A stretch of DNA of 64,000 nucleotides from an uncultured Spirochaetota bacterium (GCA_963781885.1 CAWAHW010000004.1:192001-256000); one strand, 5' to 3'. Counted from the first letter of the stretch, positions 31,612-41,826 are shown. The notes: generated from the sequence alone by a model not told the origin. A program made the numbers and translations.

Positions 31612-33081
31612 ATGTCGGATTCGCCATCTCTGGTGCAGCTGCGAGCGTTGTGGGCTCAGAATCCCGCCGCGGCAATCCTCTTTGCGCGATTGGATCCCCA
31701 GTGCATTCCTCCGGACACCGGGCAGTATGCAGCCAACCTCCAGCGCTCAATCCAATCTCAACGCGAGACTGAACAGTCGGTGAACGCGGCTCTTGGAGCC
31801 ATGGGGATATTTCCGGCGGCGTCCCCCGGCGTTGGCTACGGCGCGACGGTCAATCCGGATGACCTCATGTTCTATGGAACCATGGGGCTCGTGAGGGCGC
31901 ATCAGGGCAACCCTCCGACAAGCGACGCGTGCGCCGGTTGCGCCGCCGCGATCCTGAGAGGCCAACGCGACCCCATGGACGCGCTCGCCCTGGCGGGGAG
32001 CTCGATTCCCGGCTATGCCCAGTATATCCGGACAATCGGCGCGTTCCTGGGGAACGTTTCCCCGTTTCTGAGACAGATGGCATTCATTGTCGCGGCGCTC
32101 GCCGTTCCCCTCCAGGAGATCCCCGGGCTTCTCAATTTGAGCGCGCAGGATCGGCCGCAGAGTCTGGAGGAAATGTTCAACCGAGCCCTGCAATCGGCCG
32201 AGGAAGCGTTTGGCAGAAACGATTTCGGGCGCGCGGAAAAGGACCTCATGACGGCGCTCCAGGCGGCGAAACAGACACCAAGCCCGGATGACGACATCCT
32301 GGCGATCAAACACCTGCTGCTGCTTGCTTTCAAGTCGACCGTGTCCGTGGATTCCCTGTCGCTTGCCACAAGCGTGGCAGGGAATCTGGTTGAGAGCAAC
32401 CGATGCCTCGCGGAGGCGGCGCGAATCGTCCTTGCCCTTTCGGTCATCGCCAAGAGCTATGGCGTGGTCCGTGAGCTCGATGAACCACTGACACGCATCA
32501 TCCTCAAGCTCCTGGAGTCGGAGCTGCCAGGAGAGATCGCGCTTCCACTCCACCTTGCGGGGGCGGAAGCCCAGCTGCGTCAGGGCAACACGGCGGAGGC
32601 GGAGGATATCCTGGACAACGTGCGTGGACGTTTCACGGACGTCGACAGCCAGCTTCAGATCGCTTGCATGGATGCCTCCATTCATCGGGATAACGCTGAC
32701 CGGGAAGGTGCGTCGGACATCCTGACGTGCGCGCTCCAGCACGCAGCCTCCATTGATCCGGCCCGGAGGCTCGCGGCGGTGCAGCAGCTCGTGAGCTTGT
32801 GGCCTGACGGAAAGGAGGGGCTTGCAGCCTGGCTGGACGAGCTGAAATCGTTGGCAAGCACTCTGCAAGATCCCGCGCGCAGCCTCGTCCTGGTGACATC
32901 GGCGGGCGCCCTGGTGAGAGACGGCAGAAATGAAGAAGCGGCCCATCTCGTCGCTTCGGTGGATCTGCCAAGGCTCGAGGAAATGACGCCGGACCCGATG
33001 AAGGACGTGATCCGCTCGATCCGTGAGCAGCTCGGCGCCCTGCTCCACCGCGGCGACCCAGGAAGGGACAAGACCATATAG
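31612..33081 (+). CDS. All-helical TPR-like protein
   Basis: TPR-like segments AEEAFGRNDFGRAEKDLMTAL, AEAQLRQGNTAEAEDIL, ALVRDGRNEEAAHLV. Confidence 0.7.
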   Translation: MSDSPSLVQLRALWAQNPAAAILFARLDPQCIPPDTGQYAANLQRSIQSQRETEQSVNAALGAMGIFPAASPGVGYGATVNPDDLMFYGTMGLVRAHQGNPPTSDACAGCAAAILRGQRDPMDALALAGSSIPGYAQYIRTIGAFLGNVSPFLRQMAFIVAALAVPLQEIPGLLNLSAQDRPQSLEEMFNRALQSAEEAFGRNDFGRAEKDLMTALQAAKQTPSPDDDILAIKHLLLLAFKSTVSVDSLSLATSVAGNLVESNRCLAEAARIVLALSVIAKSYGVVRELDEPLTRIILKLLESELPGEIALPLHLAGAEAQLRQGNTAEAEDILDNVRGRFTDVDSQLQIACMDASIHRDNADREGASDILTCALQHAASIDPARRLAAVQQLVSLWPDGKEGLAAWLDELKSLASTLQDPARSLVLVTSAGALVRDGRNEEAAHLVASVDLPRLEEMTPDPMKDVIRSIREQLGALLHRGDPGRDKTI

Positions 33082-33090
33082 AGGGATACG

Positions 33091-34806
33091 ATGACCAATC
33101 CCGACACAGCGAGCGATCTTGCCAAACAGAAGCGCTACGCGGAGGCGGGCGCGGACGCACGCAAACGTGCCGTGGCCATGGAGCGTCGGGATCCTTACTC
33201 GCGATACGTCTACGAGGCATGGGGCGCGGCGGGGACATGCATGCAGCTGGCCGGAGACCACGTCGCCGCCATGGCTGCGTTCGATAAATGCCTGGGCGCT
33301 TTTGATCGGGTTCTTCAGGGGCAGGCGAATATCCAGTACATGATGAACCACGTGGCGAACTGGCCCGAGATGTTCGCCCGCGCCGCGTTTTCAGCGCTCG
33401 ACGCGGGACTGCCGGAGAAGGCGCTGGAATACGCGGAAGAAGGGAGAGCCCGGCTTGTCGGCACGGTGATCGCAGCCCCTCCCGCACCGCCGAGCGTCAA
33501 CCAGGATGAATGGAATGCTTACATCGCCGCGTGGCGGCGCCTCGCGTCGCGGTTGTCCGGACAGCGCGTCGGAAGTCAATCAGGTGAGATGGCCGAGCTC
33601 ATGAGCGATGTCCACGACCGCCGCAGGCAACTTGTAGCGTCCGGCGTGAAGGCGGACAGCCTGAAGCTGGTCTGCCCCATCGCCCGCGCGGCGGACGTCA
33701 TGGCGCGTCTCAAAAGCCAGGGTGCCGCCTCCCCCACCGTCGTCTACGCGGTGACTCTTGGCGACCGCGACATGCGTCTGGTGGCTCTATCGCGAAACGG
33801 CATTTTTGAAGTCCCAATTCCCGAGGACCGGCAAAGGCTCGTGCTCCAGGCGGCCATTTGCCTGAAGCGCGGTCTTGCCGAGGACCCGGGCGCCGACACG
33901 ATCGACGACGAGTTGGGCGCGTTCCTGGAAGCGGCGGGAGAACCGTTCGCCGATTCCTTGCGCCAGGCGCTTCAGGGCAACGCGTCAGGAAGCATCATCT
34001 GGGTGCCGCACGGTGTGCTTGTCTGCGTTCCCCTGGGCGCCTTGCCATGGCAGAACGGTGTTCTGGCGGACATGGTATCGGTGCGTGTCGCCTCTTCCCT
34101 GGCCCTTGCCTGCGGAGCCCTGGACAGCAGCAGACAGGAAAAAGCTCGATCTGCCTACGTGGAGGGAAGATCCGATGCCGGGGACGCAGCGACCAAGGGC
34201 GGAGAGACGCTTTTTCCCATGGCACTCGGCGCGCAGCCGCAGCCGAATCGTCCGGCCAGCATGGACGAGCTTCGCGTAGCGATGGCCGGTCGAACTCTCG
34301 CCCTGTTCTCATGCCATGGGGTGCTCCGCCGTCTCGATCCGGTCGCCTCCTTCCTCAAGCTCGGGTTCGATTGTACCGTTGAGCAGATCCTGGCAGGGAA
34401 CGTCGTCGCTCCCCGGAGCCTTCTCGTCCTCAGCACATGCAACGCGGGAACCGTGATGCAGGATGCAGTCAACGAGCCGGTGGGAATCCCCGTCGCCTTG
34501 ATGGCAAGCGGGGGATTCGCGGTGGTCGGTCCTTCCCAACCGGTGCGGAGCATTGCAGGGGTCACTTTCTGTCTCCTGTTCCTGCGCGCGCTCGGTGAAG
34601 GGAAGCCGTCACCGGAGGCGGTCCAGCACGCCACTGCGGAGATGCGCCGCTTGAAGCGCGGGGAGCTTGCGGATCTGCTGTTGGCTGCCGGCCATCCCTA
34701 TGCCGGGGTGATCCAATCGGACCTGGGCAGACCCGCGTTCCGCCAGCGCGCAGACTGGGCTTTCTTCACGCACTGGGGTGGCAGCTGGGAGTTGGAACGC
34801 GTTTGA
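33091..34806 (+). CDS. CHAT-domain (caspase-like) protease with short TPR N-terminus
   Basis: ALEYAEEGRAR, IIWVPHGVL..VPLGAL, catalytic FSCHG and LVLSTC, terminal WAFFTHWG. Confidence 0.9.
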   Translation: MTNPDTASDLAKQKRYAEAGADARKRAVAMERRDPYSRYVYEAWGAAGTCMQLAGDHVAAMAAFDKCLGAFDRVLQGQANIQYMMNHVANWPEMFARAAFSALDAGLPEKALEYAEEGRARLVGTVIAAPPAPPSVNQDEWNAYIAAWRRLASRLSGQRVGSQSGEMAELMSDVHDRRRQLVASGVKADSLKLVCPIARAADVMARLKSQGAASPTVVYAVTLGDRDMRLVALSRNGIFEVPIPEDRQRLVLQAAICLKRGLAEDPGADTIDDELGAFLEAAGEPFADSLRQALQGNASGSIIWVPHGVLVCVPLGALPWQNGVLADMVSVRVASSLALACGALDSSRQEKARSAYVEGRSDAGDAATKGGETLFPMALGAQPQPNRPASMDELRVAMAGRTLALFSCHGVLRRLDPVASFLKLGFDCTVEQILAGNVVAPRSLLVLSTCNAGTVMQDAVNEPVGIPVALMASGGFAVVGPSQPVRSIAGVTFCLLFLRALGEGKPSPEAVQHATAEMRRLKRGELADLLLAAGHPYAGVIQSDLGRPAFRQRADWAFFTHWGGSWELERV

Positions 34807-34931
34807 TTCAAGAGTCGCGCTCAGGTCCGCCGCCTGCGGGCAGGACCTTGCAGGACCAACTCACCGTTGCGTTTCCCCTGGTTGACGATGATGCAGCTTC
34901 CCTGTATATTTCTATATAGTATTTTTTATAT

Positions 34932-34962
34932 ATTGTCCTATCAAGATACATATCGGGACAAT
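34932..34962. promoter_or_regulatory. Dyad upstream of thioredoxin RBS
   Basis: ATTGTCC-N17-GGACAAT at the end of an AT-rich tract. Confidence 0.3.
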
Positions 34963-34973
34963 GGAGGAACGCA

Positions 34974-35330
34974 ATGAGCGAACATCTGACAAAAGAGACT
35001 TTCACGGAGAAGGTCTTCGACTATGAGAAGAACAGCGAATGGAAGTTCGCGGGAGAGGTTCCCGCCATCGTCGACTTTTGGGCGGAATGGTGCGGCCCCT
35101 GCAAGATGATCTCCCCCGCGCTGGAAGAGATATCGAAGGAATATGCGGGAAAGCTGAACGTGTACAAGGTCAACGTGGACGAGGAAACGGACGTCGCCTC
35201 GGCGTTCGGCATCCAGAGCATCCCCAGCCTGCTCTTCATCCCGATGAACGAAAAGCCCCGCATGGCCGCGGGGGCCGTTCCCAAGGCAAGCCTCGTGAAG
35301 ATGGTGAAGGACGTGCTGAAGGTCGAGTAG
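34974..35330 (+). CDS. trxA: Thioredoxin
   Basis: VDFWAEWCGPC, GIQSIP. Confidence 0.95.
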   Translation: MSEHLTKETFTEKVFDYEKNSEWKFAGEVPAIVDFWAEWCGPCKMISPALEEISKEYAGKLNVYKVNVDEETDVASAFGIQSIPSLLFIPMNEKPRMAAGAVPKASLVKMVKDVLKVE

Positions 35331-35352
35331 CCGACCCTCCCGCCGTTTCTTT

Positions 35353-37125
35353 TTATTCCCCTCGTTTTCCCTTGACGATGGGCGGAGACGGCAGGCAGGC
35401 CTCATCGGCAGCGCGCGCGACGTCCGACAATATGTAGGGCTTGCGCAGGAGTGCGCGGAAGCCCCTGGCCAGGTACGTGCCAGGGGCCAGATCGGTGGAA
35501 TAGCCGCTCGATACGATGGCCCTGACGTTCGGGTCCAATCGACGCAGAAGCCCAAGGCACTCCTCGCCTCCGATTCCGCCGGGAATAGTCAAGTCCATGA
35601 TGACGAAGCTGTAGGGCTCGCCGCTGTTGAGAGCCGCGGCATAGGCGCGCTCGGCTTCTGCTCCATCGTTAACAAGGTCCACGACATAGCCCAGGTGCTC
35701 CAGCATGCGACGCAGCAGGCGCTGCACCCCGTCATCGTCATCCATGACGAGGACGCGCCCCGCGCGCGTCGTTCCGCTCTTTGCGACTTCCGGGTGCGGT
35801 TGCTGCGGACGGAGGTCCGGGCGGGCCGGAAGAAACACGGTGAAGGTGGTGCCCTTGCCGGGATCTGAGCGGCAGTCGATGCTCCCGTGATGATTCCTGA
35901 CAACGGAATAACAGATCGACAGGCCCAGCCCGGTCCCGCCCGGCTTGGTGGAGAAAAAAGGCTCAAATATCTTGTCGATGTGCTCAGGAGCGATGCCGAT
36001 TCCCTGGTCGCGCACGGAAATTTCCACGTACGGACCGGCGGCCAGGCCATGATGCGGTTCGGCATCCCCCATTCTATTTGCCGCCGACAGGGTCACCACG
36101 CCCCCCCGGGGCATGGACTCAGCGGCGTTCAGCGCCAGGTTCTGGATGATCTGGCCGATCTGGCTCGCATCGGCTTCGATGGGCCAGAGATCCGGTGCCA
36201 GACAGAGCTCTGCGCGGCACTTGCTCCCCCGCAGGGTCATGACGGCGGTCTCCCGGATCAATTCAGCCGCCGATACCAGTGTCATGCCCTGGGGACTGCC
36301 CTTGGAAAGCATCAAGAGCTGCCGAGTCAGATCCCGGGCCCGCCCGGCGGCAGACTGGGCGTCCACCAGCATGGGCTGGACGGGATCGGTCGCGCCAAGG
36401 TCGCTCCTCACGAGATCGAGATTGCCGATCAGGGAAACCAGGATGTTGTTGAAATCATGGGCAATCCCCCCGGCCAGGATCCGGGCGGATGCAAGCCGCT
36501 CCTCTGCCACGAGGTGTTCCTGGGTCTTTTTCAGGATCTCAGCCTGCTGCGCCTCCTTCTTGATCGCGCCGATGAGCACTTGAGACACTGCCAGAGCCAC
36601 CAGGTACGTGACAATCAGAAGGGGAAGCAAAACCGTCACGGTATTGGCAAAGTACAGGCCGGTTGCCGGGTCTATTGCCTGGCTCCATGAAAAGATTCCC
36701 AAAAAGGCGCATGTGACGACGAACCCGAGATGCACCACGAACAGGACTGTCGTGAACAACGGGCTTGTCAGAAAAGCAGCGACGAGCAGGACCAGGGGCA
36801 GGAAGCTCGCGTTCAGGGTGGATCGGATGAGGACGGCGCGGTAGCCGACCAGGACGGTGAGCATCAGCACCAGAAGAATGGCAGCCGCCTGTTCTTTTTT
36901 CAGAAAAATCATGAGGGCACTGAGGGCGGCAGCGCATGTCACGGCCAGGGCAAAGGCAAGGAAGGAACCATGACTCAGGAGGGCATAGACCGACATTACG
37001 ACGCCTACTGCCAGTGCGGCGTACGTGAACCATTTCAGGACAAGCGGCCGAAACGATAGTGCCCCGGCTGCCGGGGAATCGCCGGGACTGTCTTTCCGCC
37101 GGAACCAGGGCAGCCTTGGGATCAT
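35353..37125 (-). CDS. Membrane hybrid histidine kinase (multi-TM, HisKA-HATPase-REC)
   Basis: AGGIAHDFNN, FEPFFSTK, GTGLGL, receiver VLVMDD...MDLTIP. Confidence 0.9.
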   Translation of the reverse strand: MIPRLPWFRRKDSPGDSPAAGALSFRPLVLKWFTYAALAVGVVMSVYALLSHGSFLAFALAVTCAAALSALMIFLKKEQAAAILLVLMLTVLVGYRAVLIRSTLNASFLPLVLLVAAFLTSPLFTTVLFVVHLGFVVTCAFLGIFSWSQAIDPATGLYFANTVTVLLPLLIVTYLVALAVSQVLIGAIKKEAQQAEILKKTQEHLVAEERLASARILAGGIAHDFNNILVSLIGNLDLVRSDLGATDPVQPMLVDAQSAAGRARDLTRQLLMLSKGSPQGMTLVSAAELIRETAVMTLRGSKCRAELCLAPDLWPIEADASQIGQIIQNLALNAAESMPRGGVVTLSAANRMGDAEPHHGLAAGPYVEISVRDQGIGIAPEHIDKIFEPFFSTKPGGTGLGLSICYSVVRNHHGSIDCRSDPGKGTTFTVFLPARPDLRPQQPHPEVAKSGTTRAGRVLVMDDDDGVQRLLRRMLEHLGYVVDLVNDGAEAERAYAAALNSGEPYSFVIMDLTIPGGIGGEECLGLLRRLDPNVRAIVSSGYSTDLAPGTYLARGFRALLRKPYILSDVARAADEACLPSPPIVKGKRGE

Positions 37126-37225
37126 TCGCCCATAGTTCCGCAAGCCCGTTGCGCCGTCAAGATGCCCTCCGGTTGCTGTCGTGCGACGCCCGGACCGGCG
37201 CCTGTTCGACGAGATCCTCAGCGCT

Positions 37226-37460
37226 TCACTCAGGTTGCCAGAAAGGCCTGACCTCGATCCTGCCGAAACGGGCCATGGAATGCTTTGCCGCGACTTCCAG
37301 CGCTTCTTCACGGCTTGCGCATTCAATCAGGTCGAAGCCGGCGATCTGCTCCTTGGTCTCGGCAAAGGGTCCATCCGTCACCGTCACCTTGCCGTTTCGC
37401 CTGCGAACGGTGACGGCCTGGTCCGCCCCGCCCAGCCGATTGCCCATGATACGGATACCC
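37226..37460 (-). pseudogene. YciI-family protein fragment (N-terminus missing)
   Basis: VTDGPFAETKEQIAGFDLIE...IEVRP with no YciI-like N-terminus or good start. Confidence 0.7.
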
Positions 37461-37599
37461 TTGCCGGAAAGAAAACAGGCCCGCAACACGTGCGGCCCGC
37501 CTGCTCAGGCCGCCATTCTCTTGTCGCTCGGTGACGGCTGAAATCGACATCTTGTTGACAAAGAAGCTGGGTGTACTGAACTTCAAGAGGGAGGCTGAA

Positions 37600-37914
37600 A
37601 TGGCGGACTACACATTTGATGGGAGACGGCTGGCAAAAAAAAGCTCGGGGCAGAAGCTCGCGGAGATCGACAGGGACACCATACGATCCTACAACGGCGC
37701 GTTATTCGGCCAGGTGGAGAGCAAGAACCTTCGGGACTCGCACGGCAAGAAGGTCGGGGAGTTCGATGGCAAGGACGTCAAGGATGACAAGGGAAAGAAG
37801 GTCATCAGCATCAAGGACATACAGAACATCATTGAAGGAAAGCCGGACATCAACATGGCCGCCATGTGGTTCTTTTTTGTGAAAGACCGCAAGGACCACG
37901 CCGGCGTGCTGTAA
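37600..37914 (+). CDS. Small beta-hairpin repeat protein (beta-flower-like)
   Basis: GGGAGG RBS; repeats of I/L-R-D-xx-G-K-K-V-G. Confidence 0.7.
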   Translation: MADYTFDGRRLAKKSSGQKLAEIDRDTIRSYNGALFGQVESKNLRDSHGKKVGEFDGKDVKDDKGKKVISIKDIQNIIEGKPDINMAAMWFFFVKDRKDHAGVL

Positions 37915-37980
37915 CGGCGCGCCTTTCTTGTCATCCGCATCGAGGACGGCGAAAAAGGCCGAGGTCAAGCGCTGATTTCT

Positions 37981-38691
37981 CTACCTCACGATGAGCTTCG
38001 TGCGCTGGAAGCGCAGGAGCGTGAGTGAAAGCAGCACGACGTCCACCACGGCCACGACCCCGGCCACCATCAGCAGCACCTGGTCGGTCGTGAAGGCATG
38101 GAAAAGCCCTTTTGGCAGCAGCTGGAGCAGTCCGATCAGCGCGCCGCCCAGCAGGACCGTGCCGATGGTGAGTGCCTGCTGCACCTGGCGCACCGTGGAC
38201 ATGCGGAGCGACAGCAGCACGCCCGCGGTGGCACCGAACGCGCCCACGAGCAGGCCCAGCAGCAGCGTCAATACCAGCATATCGATTGGATAGAACAGGA
38301 AGTGCCCCTGTCCATACGCCAGGCTGCAGACAGCCGCGCCCACGAAAAGGCCGACAACCAGCACGCCCCAGCCGTAGAGCACGACGATCGCCACCTTCCC
38401 CATCAGGATGGAGCGGTCGGATACGCGGCTCGCCAGCAGCGTCTCCAGGGTGTGCCGTTCGCGCTCGCCCGCGAAGGAGTCGGCAACGATGGACAGGATG
38501 ACGAAAAACGCGACCCAGAGGACCACCACCATTTGGATCGGGCTCAGGCTCAACCAGGCAGTTTTGCCCGCGAGCGGCCAGGCGACCCCCACGATGCCGA
38601 TCAGAATGGCCGGGCGAATCCATGCCCGCACGCCGCCCTGGAAGAGCGAGTCTTTCCATTCCTTCCACATGATCGTGAACATGTCGCTCAT
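37981..38691 (-). CDS. ABC-2 type transporter permease
   Basis: [17 protein letters not shown], six TM segments. Confidence 0.9.
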   Translation of the reverse strand: MSDMFTIMWKEWKDSLFQGGVRAWIRPAILIGIVGVAWPLAGKTAWLSLSPIQMVVVLWVAFFVILSIVADSFAGERERHTLETLLASRVSDRSILMGKVAIVVLYGWGVLVVGLFVGAAVCSLAYGQGHFLFYPIDMLVLTLLLGLLVGAFGATAGVLLSLRMSTVRQVQQALTIGTVLLGGALIGLLQLLPKGLFHAFTTDQVLLMVAGVVAVVDVVLLSLTLLRFQRTKLIVR

Positions 38692-39623
38692 GAGTGCTCT
38701 TCCTCCATCAGCGTGAGGAATACATCCTCCAGGCTTGCCGCGCCCTTGCGCACTTCTTCCACCAGGCCTCCCTGCTGCACGATCAAGGTCACCAGGGGGG
38801 CAACCTCGCCGCTGCCGCGCAGGCCAAGGGCCAGGTGCCCATCGCGAAGCTCGACGCTTGCGACGTCCGGCCTCTGGCGCAGCAGGGCCATGAGGCCGTC
38901 CGTGAAGCCGCGCCCCGTGATCTCCGCCCGCGGCGCCCCCTGCTTGTGCCGCAATTCATCGGGACTTCCAAGGGCCAGCAATTTCCCCTGCCGGACAACG
39001 CCCACCACCGCGCAGAGCCGCTCCGCCTCGGCCAGGTTGTGGGTATTGAGGAAGACCGTCGTCCCTTCATGCTTCACCAGCGCCGCCAGGTCATCCCGCA
39101 GCGCCGCGGCCGCGACAGGATCCAGGCCGGATGTCGGCTCATCGAGAAAGACAAGCCTGGGGCGATGCAGCAGCGCGCGGGCCACTGCCAGCTTCTGCTT
39201 CATTCCCCTGCTCCAGGTCCCCACCTGGTCCCTGCGGCGATCCCACAGGTCCAGGTGCATCATAAGCTCTTTCGTTCGCGCGCGGCGCTCCGACGCCGGC
39301 AGATGGTAGATCCGGCCGTAGAAGTCGAGATTGTCCTCCGCGCTCATCCGCTCGTAGAGACCGCTGAACTCCAGGAGCGACCCCGTGCGGGCTCGTACCT
39401 GGTCCGCGTGCGTGCGGCAGTCGAAGCCAAGCACTGTTGCCTGGCCGACATTTGCTTCCAGCAGGCCAAGCAGGAGGTGGATGGTGGTTGTCTTCCCTGC
39501 CCCGTTCGGTCCCAGGAATCCGAACACCGTGCCGGCGGGCACTTCCAGGGACAGGTCGTCCACGGCACGGACGCTTCCAAAGGAGCGCGAAAGGTGCTCG
39601 GTGCGAATCGCAAGATCAGGCAT
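38688..39623 (-). CDS. ABC transporter ATP-binding protein
   Basis: [27 protein letters not shown]. Confidence 0.93.
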   Translation of the reverse strand: MPDLAIRTEHLSRSFGSVRAVDDLSLEVPAGTVFGFLGPNGAGKTTTIHLLLGLLEANVGQATVLGFDCRTHADQVRARTGSLLEFSGLYERMSAEDNLDFYGRIYHLPASERRARTKELMMHLDLWDRRRDQVGTWSRGMKQKLAVARALLHRPRLVFLDEPTSGLDPVAAAALRDDLAALVKHEGTTVFLNTHNLAEAERLCAVVGVVRQGKLLALGSPDELRHKQGAPRAEITGRGFTDGLMALLRQRPDVASVELRDGHLALGLRGSGEVAPLVTLIVQQGGLVEEVRKGAASLEDVFLTLMEEEHS

Positions 39624-39627
39624 GGTA

Positions 39628-40104
39628 TTAGTGTACGGCCTTCGGCCCCTTCGCGCCATATTGGCTCTTAAGGCCAGGCGCGACCGAAGATGGCTGCCGC
39701 GATGGATCCCAGACGGCCAGCTCGGAAAAGTAGTCTCGCAAAAAGCCCCGATCCCTGGCGAGCAACCGGTCGGCATGCTCGATCGCGTGAGCGCCGATGA
39801 GGAAATCGGGCAGCACCCTGCCCTCCTGCCGCTTTTTTCGCCCAAGCATCTGCCGGAGCATCTCGCCCGCCCGGATCGAGCTGCGGAGGGTCGATGGCAT
39901 GAACTCCAGTCCCCAGTCTCCGAGAAACTCATCGAAGATCTCATTGGATTCAAACGCCGGTCGGATTTCCGCAATCACGCACTCACTGACAATGAGCCGA
40001 CCCTCCCGCGACGCTTTTCGAAGTGCCGCCAGGCTTGCGGATGCGCTGCCTGGATCCCCCGTCAGGATATCCAGGATCACCGAGCTATCCACCGCGGTGA
40101 TCAT
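39628..40104 (-). CDS. vapC: VapC-family PIN-domain toxin
   Basis: VDSSVILD, VIAE, DFLIGAHA, LLARD. Confidence 0.9.
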   Translation of the reverse strand: MITAVDSSVILDILTGDPGSASASLAALRKASREGRLIVSECVIAEIRPAFESNEIFDEFLGDWGLEFMPSTLRSSIRAGEMLRQMLGRKKRQEGRVLPDFLIGAHAIEHADRLLARDRGFLRDYFSELAVWDPSRQPSSVAPGLKSQYGAKGPKAVH

Positions 40105-40322
40105 CCGCGTACCCGCTGCAGATAATCGTCCACCGAATGCCCGCCGGGAATGCGCCCCTTGCCAAGCCATTTGCCGATGCGGTCATCCTGCTCCTTCTTT
40201 ACGCCGATCAGTCGTCCTTCCACAGCGTCGAAATCCAGCACTGTGCCGGGCCGCAGACCCAGCTTGTCCCGCAGCGCCTTCGGAATTGTCACCTGGCCCT
40301 TTTCCGACATCGTCGTTTTCAT
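40101..40322 (-). CDS. vapB: AbrB/MazE-family antitoxin
   Basis: SEKGQVTIPKALRDKLGL; 4-nt overlap with the toxin. Confidence 0.9.
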   Translation of the reverse strand: MKTTMSEKGQVTIPKALRDKLGLRPGTVLDFDAVEGRLIGVKKEQDDRIGKWLGKGRIPGGHSVDDYLQRVRG

Positions 40323-40331
40323 ACCACTAGA

Positions 40332-40345
40332 GTAGGAATTCCTAC
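40332..40345. promoter_or_regulatory. Toxin-antitoxin autoregulatory operator
   Basis: Perfect palindrome GTAGGAATTCCTAC 9 nt upstream of the antitoxin ATG. Confidence 0.7.
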
Positions 40346-40579
40346 CAGGAACGTCAAGATTTTCGCATCCACGCTTGGACCAATGATGGCTATTTAATCC
40401 CCAGCGCGTCGTCGAGCGCTTTGCAAGAAGAGCGCTTCTTGGAAAACGCGTAGCGAGCAGAGGCATGGAATTTGCCGGCGCGTGATGTTCTTGGCGGCGC
40501 GACCATAGGATTCATACCTGTCCGAATTCCGCCAGAACCGATGTGAGCTGAGGGGTTTGCGAAGCCGGTTCTCAGGCCC

Positions 40580-41482
40580 TCAGCTCGCCTGCTGCCACCG
40601 ATCGAAGCGGCTTGCAAGTCGTTCGGGATCCGGGCGATCCGCCGCCTTGGCGGGAAGGATGATCCGCGTCCCATCCAGCTCCTGGAGGCCATGACGGAGC
40701 ATGGGACCGTCGTGTTCTTCCAGGATCTTCCTGCTGATACGTACTTCGTAGTCCGGGCTGATTCCCATGATATCAGAATCAAATGCAGCATGATGAATTT
40801 TGCAGAGGGAGAGCCCGTTCTGCACGATCGGGGTGCCTCGAACATCGTTGTCCGCAATGATATGGGCGGCGTCGAGGAGCTCATTGTGGCCCAGCCGACA
40901 GACCGTGCATCTGCAGTTGTAGGCGGTGATGACGATGTCGCGGAAAGCGCCTTGGTGAAGACGTTGCCGTGTCTGCGTCCACGCGTAGCGACGCAAATCC
41001 AGAGGAGAAAGGTCAATCGCGGCGGGATCTGCGTCTGGACGAAGGTCGGCGTAGGCCGGATCCATTGCAGCTCTGACGAGAAGTGACTCCGGTTGGTCTT
41101 CGAGGATAATGACCGGCCAGATCGCCTGGTAGTTGTGCTGCCGCACCTCCCTGAAGTAGACCAACGGCGTTCGAGTCCGGCAGGCCTCTCGAAGGCCACG
41201 GTTGTCCCGGTGATTTGGATCGATTCCCCGATAGGCGTATGTCAGGAGTCCATCATCAGCGATGTCATCCAGCCGGTAGGGACCGTTGAGGGCAGTGGTG
41301 ATGGAGAGAGGGACTGTAAAGCCTTGCGGAAACCAGATACCCGACGCGCCCTTCAACGTGATTCGCCGACCCTGATATATGAATCCTTCGTTGAGCTCTG
41401 CACCTGGAAGAATGCCGCCGTTTGCAGCTCCTCTTTCGCGAAGCCAGCTGAAGACGGCCAGACGGATATCGAGTTCCGGCAC
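40580..41482 (-). CDS. HNH endonuclease (putative modification-dependent restriction enzyme)
   Basis: QRLHQGAFR, CTVC, LDAAHII, NGLSLCKIHHAAFD; GTG start after AGAGG. Confidence 0.88.
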   Translation of the reverse strand: MPELDIRLAVFSWLRERGAANGGILPGAELNEGFIYQGRRITLKGASGIWFPQGFTVPLSITTALNGPYRLDDIADDGLLTYAYRGIDPNHRDNRGLREACRTRTPLVYFREVRQHNYQAIWPVIILEDQPESLLVRAAMDPAYADLRPDADPAAIDLSPLDLRRYAWTQTRQRLHQGAFRDIVITAYNCRCTVCRLGHNELLDAAHIIADNDVRGTPIVQNGLSLCKIHHAAFDSDIMGISPDYEVRISRKILEEHDGPMLRHGLQELDGTRIILPAKAADRPDPERLASRFDRWQQAS

Positions 41483-41555
41483 TTTGCGACCTCTTTGATT
41501 CTTGTAGCGCGAATGGCAGCCGTGCGGCAAGTCACACGAGACTTCGCCGGAACTA

Positions 41556-41676
41556 CGGTAACCTCCGCGTGAGCGGGCGCAGGCCGGCGCGCGACCGAAT
41601 AGGGAGCGCGCATTCCGAAGGCGGTCCGAGCCCGACGTGCGACCGAGTAGGGAGCGCGTATTCACGAGAACGGAAC
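41556..41676. repeat. Truncated attC-like element with an internal 25-bp direct repeat
   Basis: GCGACCGA[A/G]TAGGGAGCGCG[C/T]ATTC at 41591 and 41639; begins with TAAC-N5-CGTGAGCG. Confidence 0.4.
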
Positions 41677-41826
41677 CCCCGCAGCACGCGACCCGCCCGC
41701 CGCGCGAAACGGGCCTCGTCGCGGTCAGGAAACGGCCGTCGGGCGGGGCACGCCCAATTCCCCAGTATAGAAGGGAGAGCCCCTTCTATCTCTAGTTTGG
41801 CTCATTCCTCATATGCCTGAAAGCCG

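Noticed and set aside
40390-40515. 41-aa minus-strand ORF MNPMVAPP
   Set aside because: No motif and weak RBS; cannot be supported
41591-41663. CRISPR array
   Set aside because: Only two 25-bp copies with a 23-bp gap, no cas genes or leader
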